This document shows positions 35,206 through 40,812 of a stretch of DNA of 40,812 nucleotides, piece by piece. This stretch comes from a virus (lineage: Duplodnaviria; Caudoviricetes), in IMG/VR virus record IMGVR_UViG_3300009193_000003, positions 1 to 40,812 of that record. One strand, given 5' to 3'. Every line of letters begins with the position of its first letter. Position 1 is the first letter of the stretch. The notes under the pieces were generated by a model. The model saw only the letters and a program-made list of their open reading frames with translations, searched no databases and was not told the origin of the DNA. A program made the position numbers and the translations under genes.

Positions 35206-35324
35206 ACCGTAAACTCCAAATAATTATAAAGAATCACTAGCCCAATCCCAGAGTAGATTAAGCACCCGATCAGGAATTGGTTTAGCGTTAAGCCTGCCCT
35301 TACTTCTCTATTTCCGTTATCCAT
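35202..35324 (-). CDS. Small TM protein
   Basis: MDNGNREVRAGLTLNQFLIGCLIYSGIGLVILYNYLEFTV. Confidence 0.5.
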   Translation of the reverse strand: MDNGNREVRAGLTLNQFLIGCLIYSGIGLVILYNYLEFTV

Positions 35325-35604
35325 TTTCTTTGATAAACACGCCATCAACCATGGCGCCTTTACGGTCTTTAATGTCATCGTAAGCAACAGATAAGCATTC
35401 TTCTATCGTTAGGTTGTTGCGTGTAGCGATATTAATTAATACAACGATTATATCACCTATATCGTCGCGAATATCTTTACCTCTCGCTAAATTACCTGCT
35501 AACTCTCCTGTTTCCTCGATCAGTTTTAGAAATTGTGCTTGGTCGGTAGAGCCGTCAATTAAGTTTCTGTCATGATGCCATTGTGCTATTTTATTTGTAA
35601 TCAT
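35317..35604 (-). CDS. MazG-like nucleotide pyrophosphohydrolase
   Basis: KLIEETGELA...DDIGDIIVVL...AYDDIKDRKG. Confidence 0.9.
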   Translation of the reverse strand: MITNKIAQWHHDRNLIDGSTDQAQFLKLIEETGELAGNLARGKDIRDDIGDIIVVLINIATRNNLTIEECLSVAYDDIKDRKGAMVDGVFIKENG

Positions 35605-35990
35605 TATTGTTGCTCCATTTGAATTATTTCTGCTTCGACCCTTGGATTTAACCTATCAATACCGCCATAACTTTCTGAGTTTGCAATAATGATATTTACG
35701 TTATCATCTTCGATCAACCTACTCTCGACTAATGCGTCTTGAAAAAACTTTTTTACTGTTCCGATAAAGTTATCTAAGTCAGGACTGTTATTGGCTTTTG
35801 CGAAGTAAGTGTATTTAATTTTAATCTTACCTTCAATCGGATCGAATGAATCCAATTGAGGTTTAATCATCTTTTTAAATTTAATTTTTGCTTGGTTAGA
35901 TATTTGGTAGTGTGCGTTTCTGTACCAGTTTACAGCTATAGCGCCTTTCTTTGTTACTCCGTAAAGTGGTAAGGTGAATTTATAACTCAT
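35604..35990 (-). CDS. rusA: RusA-like Holliday junction resolvase
   Basis: PDLDNF...KFFQDALV...IEDDN...NPRVEAEI; likely start 35990. Confidence 0.8.
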   Translation of the reverse strand: MSYKFTLPLYGVTKKGAIAVNWYRNAHYQISNQAKIKFKKMIKPQLDSFDPIEGKIKIKYTYFAKANNSPDLDNFIGTVKKFFQDALVESRLIEDDNVNIIIANSESYGGIDRLNPRVEAEIIQMEQQ

Positions 35991-36367
35991 TTCCCTGTAT
36001 CCATTATAGCGCGATACACTTCGCCAGATGGTACTTCGTAACCACACTGAGCCATGCAAGAATATAATATTTGAAATATTCCGCATTGCTCACCAAACTT
36101 ATTTACAAAAGCATTTTTGTAATGGGTTACGTTTAAAGGATTGTTACTACTAACATCATGCAATTCAAAAGGCACTGGGATTATAAATTCATGACCTATT
36201 GATATTTTATTATGCTTTGCGCTTCTACCTAATACATGATGCAACTGAAAGTCTGTGCGACCTTCATACTCTGGACCATATAATCCACCTAACCCAACTT
36301 CATTAATAAAGTTGGCAATATCAGCCATCCACTTTCTTTGTTTTGCGTTTGCCGGTTTAGTTGCCAT
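35987..36367 (-). CDS. Ref/DUF968-like His-Me nuclease (putative)
   Basis: QLHHV...IIPVPFELH...AFVNKFGEQ. Confidence 0.55.
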   Translation of the reverse strand: MATKPANAKQRKWMADIANFINEVGLGGLYGPEYEGRTDFQLHHVLGRSAKHNKISIGHEFIIPVPFELHDVSSNNPLNVTHYKNAFVNKFGEQCGIFQILYSCMAQCGYEVPSGEVYRAIMDTGK

Positions 36368-36368
36368 A

Positions 36369-36536
36369 TCACTCACTCAACTTGTTAAATAAAAAACCTA
36401 AAAAGCCCACTCTTTGACGCTTAGCTCTATTGCAATCTGTATGCGCGTAATTAGTTCCGTGATGCTTACGCTTAGTTTGACCGCGCTGAATAGTTTCACG
36501 ACATAAATAACACTGTGTTGGCTTTCTGTTTATCAT
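36369..36536 (-). CDS. Small Zn-binding protein
   Basis: CYLC...HTDC; GGAGATATAAC-ATG. Confidence 0.65.
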   Translation of the reverse strand: MINRKPTQCYLCRETIQRGQTKRKHHGTNYAHTDCNRAKRQRVGFLGFLFNKLSE

Positions 36537-36537
36537 G

Positions 36538-36747
36538 TTATATCTCCGCAAGTTTCGCTATTAACCTTTTGCTTGATTTCTCATTCTCTTTTCTTTTATA
36601 TCTGCTTATCTGGGCACTTAAGCTGTCAATTGTTTTCTTTCGATCCTCTGCTAGTTGCTCTATAGCCTCCAGCTTTAGTGTCATCACGGTAAACTCATTG
36701 TTAAGTTTGTCGTATTTAGCTTTTTCTATATCTAACTCATATCTCAT
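36538..36747 (-). CDS. Coiled-coil hypothetical protein
   Basis: GGAGATATAAC-ATG at 36747; flanked by 16-bp direct repeats. Confidence 0.7.
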   Translation of the reverse strand: MRYELDIEKAKYDKLNNEFTVMTLKLEAIEQLAEDRKKTIDSLSAQISRYKRKENEKSSKRLIAKLAEI

Positions 36748-36765
36748 GTTATATCTCCGTTGGTC

Positions 36766-36822
36766 ATCTAACGCACCGCTATGGAGGACGCAAAACACGC
36801 GCCTCTAAGCTTTATGTTATGC
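36766..36822 (+). mobile_element. attC-like site A (57 bp)
   Basis: ATCTAAC GCACCGCTATGGAGGAC-GCAAAACAC-GCGCCTCTAAGCTTTAT GTTATGC. Confidence 0.7.
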
Positions 36823-36824
36823 GG

Positions 36825-37007
36825 TTAGTAATATTTCTTAGCTTTTTGTATTAAAATTAACGCTCTTTTTAAATCAAAGTCTTTTATGGCTCTTTCAATA
36901 TCATCAAAGTCACCACAAATACCGCTGCCATATTGTTCAGCAGCTTTTTCATTTGTTAAGTCACATTCTTCCATATCAAAAAATAAGTCACTCCAAAATT
37001 CTTTCAT
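36825..37007 (-). CDS. Hypothetical protein in a cassette
   Basis: GAGGGGG SD; between attC-like sites A and B. Confidence 0.7.
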   Translation of the reverse strand: MKEFWSDLFFDMEECDLTNEKAAEQYGSGICGDFDDIERAIKDFDLKRALILIQKAKKYY

Positions 37008-37027
37008 ATATTCCCCCTCTAGTTACC

Positions 37028-37115
37028 GCCTAACAAGGCATTGAATATGACTAACTACAGCAAGCCACTTCGTTCCTCAATACCTTAGATTTAGCCGCGT
37101 TTTGTAAGTTTAGGC
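37028..37115 (+). mobile_element. attC-like site B (degenerate right arm)
   Basis: GCCTAAC AAGGCATTGAATATGAC...GTTTAGGC. Confidence 0.5.
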
Positions 37116-37844
37116 GGCTTTTCTAATTTCTACCAATACAGTGGCTATATTAGTTCCGCTTTCTTTAAACTCACCTGCTTTTATGTCAGTTACTATTGCG
37201 CCAACAGAATCTAACCATTCTCTAAATGCTACTTGCTTTTTCTGTGATCCACTAACCCAGCTTTTACCCATGACAGAAACTAGTAAACCTTCACTACCTA
37301 AAAATTCATACATGTGCAATACATGATCAATATCTTGGTTTTTCGTAAATGGTGGGTTTGCAACTATCCTCTCATACTTTATATGATCACTTGGATTAAC
37401 TGATAAAAAATCAGTAGGAGTTAAATTTATGTCGTATTTTCTATTTAACACTTTTATGTTTTCAGGCATTAATTCAATCATACTAGGGTGAGCACCTATC
37501 TCAATTATTGCATCTACAATAGCGCCTTGCCCTGCGCTCGGCTCCAAAACAGCCATATCACAAGTAATGACCGCCCTTTTAATCATTAAATCAACAACCG
37601 CTTTAGGCGTAGGAAAAAATTGAAACTTTTTCTTGTCGTTTATAGCTTCACCTCCAACCAATCTATCCTTAACAACCTGCGCATCATCAGTAAATAAAAA
37701 GCCACATTTTTTATATTTACCCCCTGCTAATGTTAGCGCCTTTTTTACTGATGGGTAATTGGTAAATTGTTCATCCGTTGGCAGCTCTAATCTATTGCCG
37801 TTTACTATCATTTTATTTATAGAGTTAATTAATTCTGTAGTCAT
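37110..37844 (-). CDS. N6-adenine-type DNA methyltransferase
   Basis: QFFPTP, motif I VLEPSAGQG, motif IV ANPPF. Confidence 0.88.
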   Translation of the reverse strand: MTTELINSINKMIVNGNRLELPTDEQFTNYPSVKKALTLAGGKYKKCGFLFTDDAQVVKDRLVGGEAINDKKKFQFFPTPKAVVDLMIKRAVITCDMAVLEPSAGQGAIVDAIIEIGAHPSMIELMPENIKVLNRKYDINLTPTDFLSVNPSDHIKYERIVANPPFTKNQDIDHVLHMYEFLGSEGLLVSVMGKSWVSGSQKKQVAFREWLDSVGAIVTDIKAGEFKESGTNIATVLVEIRKAA

Positions 37845-37879
37845 CTTATTTTTTCTCTCTCAGTAAGTGTCAAGCAGCC

Positions 37880-37976
37880 GCCTAACAACAATTTCAAACG
37901 GACTACCAAAGTTGGACAGCCTCGCTCCTCGTCTTTGCACCAACCTTATGTCAGCGCGCTTAAATTAAGGTTATCT
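37880..37976 (+). mobile_element. attC-like site C (97 bp)
   Basis: GCCTAAC AACAATTTCAAACGGAC...AAGTTGG/CCAACCTT...GCGCGCTTAAATTAAG GTTATCT. Confidence 0.72.
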
Positions 37977-38002
37977 ATTGCACGTCCTTGTGCTTTGTTT
38001 AG

Positions 38003-38548
38003 TTAAAAAGCCAATGTATCGTCTTGTGGGTAATGTGGCGCTTGCTGTGGCGCTGCTTGCTGTTGGAATCCACCTTGCGCATGAGTAAACCCGTTTGCAT
38101 CTCTCGGTGCTTGCTGTTGATTATTTGCAAAACCGCTTTGCTGCGGTGCCGCCTGCTGTTGAAAGCCAGATTGTTGCTGTGGTGCTGATTGTTGACCTTG
38201 CTGCCTACTATCAAGCATTTCCATTTTTCCGCCAAACCCTTTCACTACAATTTCAGTAGTATATTGATCTTGCCCTTGTTGGTTTTGCCATTTACGTGTT
38301 TGCAAAGCACCTTCAATGTAAACCTTTGAGCCTTTCTTTAAATACTCACCTGTAATTTCAGCGAGTTTGCCAAACATAACAACGCGATGCCACTCAGTTT
38401 TCTCCTTTTGCTCGCCTGTTTGCTTGTCTTTCCATGACTCACTGGTCGCTATTGAAATATTAGCCACCGCTTCACCACTAGGCATGAATTTAACTTCAGG
38501 ATCTTGCCCTAAGTTACCTAGAATTATTACCTTGTTTACTCCTGACAT
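38003..38548 (-). CDS. ssb: Single-stranded DNA-binding protein
   Basis: [17 protein letters not shown]...TEWHRVV...[11 protein letters not shown]; Q-rich linker; acidic tail. Confidence 0.97.
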   Translation of the reverse strand: MSGVNKVIILGNLGQDPEVKFMPSGEAVANISIATSESWKDKQTGEQKEKTEWHRVVMFGKLAEITGEYLKKGSKVYIEGALQTRKWQNQQGQDQYTTEIVVKGFGGKMEMLDSRQQGQQSAPQQQSGFQQQAAPQQSGFANNQQQAPRDANGFTHAQGGFQQQAAPQQAPHYPQDDTLAF

Positions 38549-38552
38549 TTCC

Positions 38553-39182
38553 TTATTCCTTACCTTTAGTTAATTTAATTAATAATTCATTCATTTTAGA
38601 GATAAATAAATCTGTTTTTTCTTTCATCTCATTTATGTAATCTTCATCACGGCAAACACGTTGCTGTAAATATCCTGCTGCACAGTCAAGGCGAGGATCA
38701 AAACTTAAAAAGTCACACCATTCACGGCCTGAAACCCACAATTGCATCTGTATTTGTGCTTTATAATCCGCACTGTAATCGTCAGACAATGCGCGTTTTA
38801 ACTGAGTTGTAGTGTTAGGGCACTTTATCTCTAACAAGCCATCATCACCAATTAACCCATCAGGTGAAACGCCTATGAACTCGCTATGCTCAATAAATGC
38901 AACTTCACGCACAGATACAAAATCATTATTAACTTCATACATTGCTCGCGCTTGTGGTTCTGTTTCAGTACCCCATCGCATAGCATCATTTTCAAAAAAC
39001 GGCTTGGAGTTACCTGTTATTATCTCAGCTATTAACTCAATCATATATGACTCTGATGTTTTGCTAGGAGCATTACCGCGACCTTTTGACATTACATCAG
39101 ACATACGTGATGCAGTAATCTTTCCTAGTCGCATTTTCAGCCATGCTTCGCTGCCTTGCTCTACTGTGTCTATTATATTCAT
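38553..39182 (-). CDS. YqaJ/lambda-exonuclease family protein
   Basis: [43 protein letters not shown]. Confidence 0.93.
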   Translation of the reverse strand: MNIIDTVEQGSEAWLKMRLGKITASRMSDVMSKGRGNAPSKTSESYMIELIAEIITGNSKPFFENDAMRWGTETEPQARAMYEVNNDFVSVREVAFIEHSEFIGVSPDGLIGDDGLLEIKCPNTTTQLKRALSDDYSADYKAQIQMQLWVSGREWCDFLSFDPRLDCAAGYLQQRVCRDEDYINEMKEKTDLFISKMNELLIKLTKGKE

Positions 39183-39751
39183 GATGCTATCTTCACTATT
39201 TTGTCAAAAGTTTTAACTGTCACTGTTTCAATCGTTTCAATTTTTAATGCTCTAATTATGCTCCACCCCTTTTGTGTTGGCTCTCCTTTTTCATCTAAAA
39301 GCAACTCGTTAATTTTAGCTATCTGCTCTTGATTTACCATCGGCTCTATTTTCTTGCTGCCATCACCTTCGTACTCTCCATTAATATCTTCACCAGCCCA
39401 TAAATCAATCCCTAAGCCATGCAATGCTATTGCCTTTGTTAGCGCTCGCATTTGACTTTTATTTATGTCATTAGCTTTTGGCGCCATAGCAGTTTGATTT
39501 TTAAAATCCAATACTGCCATCATTTGAGTTTTAACCAAGCTGTTAATAGTTACTGAGCACTCGACAAAATAACCAACCTCGGTTTTAAGATAGGGTAATC
39601 CGTCAAACTTTGTAAACTCCCATGACATTTCAGGAAATAGTTTTGATGCTTCACGTACAGCATTAGACCATGATAAATAATCAAAATTACCTTTCTTTTT
39701 CGTTAACGCTGAAATATCTACATTGTTCAGCGTTTTAAATACTTCACTCAT
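39179..39751 (-). CDS. Sak (Rad52-like, DUF1071) single-strand annealing protein
   Basis: KKGNFDYLSWSNA...DINKSQMRALTKAIALHGLGIDLWAGED. Confidence 0.9.
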   Translation of the reverse strand: MSEVFKTLNNVDISALTKKKGNFDYLSWSNAVREASKLFPEMSWEFTKFDGLPYLKTEVGYFVECSVTINSLVKTQMMAVLDFKNQTAMAPKANDINKSQMRALTKAIALHGLGIDLWAGEDINGEYEGDGSKKIEPMVNQEQIAKINELLLDEKGEPTQKGWSIIRALKIETIETVTVKTFDKIVKIAS

Positions 39752-40038
39752 AACTCAACTCCTACAGCTTCAGCGTTTAAAAAAGAATCTGCTAATGTCT
39801 CATATTGCTCACGCGGTGATAACGTAGTTGATTTACGCTCTGCTAAATATTCTTCCAATACGCTATCTTTAAAATAATCCAGCAAGACTTCAGCATCTAA
39901 CTGATCAACCATCTGGCGCATTAATCCGCTTGCGTCTGCATCATCAAGTAACAACCTAATTGTAGGTGTAAACGTTCCTGTTACTGGGTTTATATGCTCT
40001 ATATGATCGCAAAGTACTTCTAGTGTTCCTATATTCAT
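39748..40038 (-). CDS. Hypothetical protein
   Basis: GGAGG SD before ATG 40038. Confidence 0.7.
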   Translation of the reverse strand: MNIGTLEVLCDHIEHINPVTGTFTPTIRLLLDDADASGLMRQMVDQLDAEVLLDYFKDSVLEEYLAERKSTTLSPREQYETLADSFLNAEAVGVEL

Positions 40039-40039
40039 T

Positions 40040-40234
40040 TTAATCCTCCTTAATCCATTTGTCCGGCGCTTGTGCGTTATCCCAACCATAACCGTTAAAA
40101 GCTTGCCATCTACCTTTAATCCCTCTATTGAATTGCTGAGAGCCTTCTTTATAGTGTTTATATCTATAATCAACAATAACACCAACCGGCTTACAGTTCT
40201 CTGGTGTCTCTTCTTTAGAATCTACAATATTCAT
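40040..40234 (-). CDS. Hypothetical protein
   Basis: GGGAG SD; 64 aa. Confidence 0.7.
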   Translation of the reverse strand: MNIVDSKEETPENCKPVGVIVDYRYKHYKEGSQQFNRGIKGRWQAFNGYGWDNAQAPDKWIKED

Positions 40235-40259
40235 TTTAGTTCTCCCAAACTATTAATTA

Positions 40260-40526
40260 TCACAATCTTGCTTCGTAAAATTCAGTATTTACTTTTTTCA
40301 ACCAAAACTCTGATACTCTACTTACCCTATAACCATCTCTAGCTGTCCAGCGAGGTCTTTTCACTGGCACCGATGAACTAAAGTTATAAGATGTTTTTCC
40401 GCTATTAGAGTCAGAAAGCCACTTTTCCACTCTTTCGATTTGAATTCCAGACTTGTAAGCTGCTTTGACCTCGTCTATATCATCTGCAACTATCGTTTGA
40501 TCTCCAATATAAACTTCTTTAATCAC
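40260..40526 (-). CDS. Hypothetical protein
   Basis: GGGGG SD; GTG start; 88 aa. Confidence 0.65.
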   Translation of the reverse strand: MIKEVYIGDQTIVADDIDEVKAAYKSGIQIERVEKWLSDSNSGKTSYNFSSSVPVKRPRWTARDGYRVSRVSEFWLKKVNTEFYEARL

Positions 40527-40551
40527 AAGCTACCCCCAAACCATTAAATGT

Positions 40552-40776
40552 TAGTCTGTATAGTGAAATGAGCTATTAATGGCTGTTTGCGCTTAGGGCT
40601 GTTGATTCAGCCTACCTTTACAACTGGCTTCTTCATTTTGCCAGTAACCAAGATTCGAAAACTAACTCACTTCACTTATACAGACTATAAAATTAAACAC
40701 TGGTTTCCTTAGTCATTTTTTTCTGAGTCGGTTGATGGGGATACCAGTAAACGCTTAACCTCTCGACTTGGGTTTA
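40552..40776 (-). ncRNA. Structured leader of the recombination operon (multibranch fold plus hairpin leader)
   Basis: TAGTCTGTATA-GTGAA / TTCAC-T-TATACAGACTA closing stem encloses three hairpins. Confidence 0.5.
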
Positions 40777-40812
40777 ATATTATACTAACTGAATTATATT
40801 GCAAGTATTAAT
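40690..40812. repeat. Terminal direct repeat, copy 2
   Basis: Identical to 1-123. Confidence 0.97.

Noticed and set aside
38030-38205. CAG/CAA-rich repeats
   Set aside because: They encode the ordinary Gln/Pro-rich SSB linker
40690-40812. 123-bp terminal repeat as a biological DTR
   Set aside because: An exact overlap cutting through a leader/promoter region is what circular assembly produces; physical ends cannot be inferred without read data

Overview
The window is an apparently complete, circularly assembled dsDNA tailed phage genome (siphovirus-like). Bases 1-123 repeat at 40690-40812, giving about 40,689 unique bp. It is AT-rich, and the ssb and lambda-P-like genes suggest a gammaproteobacterial, probably marine, host (inference). 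The minus strand carries recombination genes (Sak, YqaJ, SSB), an N6-adenine methyltransferase, RusA, MazG, an amidase, TerS/TerL, portal, capsid, neck, tail tube, a frameshifted tail chaperone, tape measure and an SGNH tailspike. Plus-strand islands carry replication genes (O-like, P-like), DNA-modification genes (TGT/DpdA-like, TAGT/GREB1-like glycosyltransferase) and moron-like small genes. No integrase, tRNA or CRISPR array was seen. The most striking signals are non-coding: (1) two diverged ~400-nt elements (2497-2906 and 22694-23068), almost opposite each other on the circle, with covarying stems and pseudoknots and an attenuator-like leader, indicating a large structured RNA I cannot assign to a known family; (2) two clusters of integron attC-like sites bracketing genes in antisense orientation, with no integrase; (3) a ~60-nt candidate sRNA complementary to the phage's own repeated GGAGATATAA ribosome-binding motif; (4) a 12-aa micropeptide with its own promoter, coupled to a membrane protein in the lysis region. 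All family calls come from motif recognition by eye; no searches were run.
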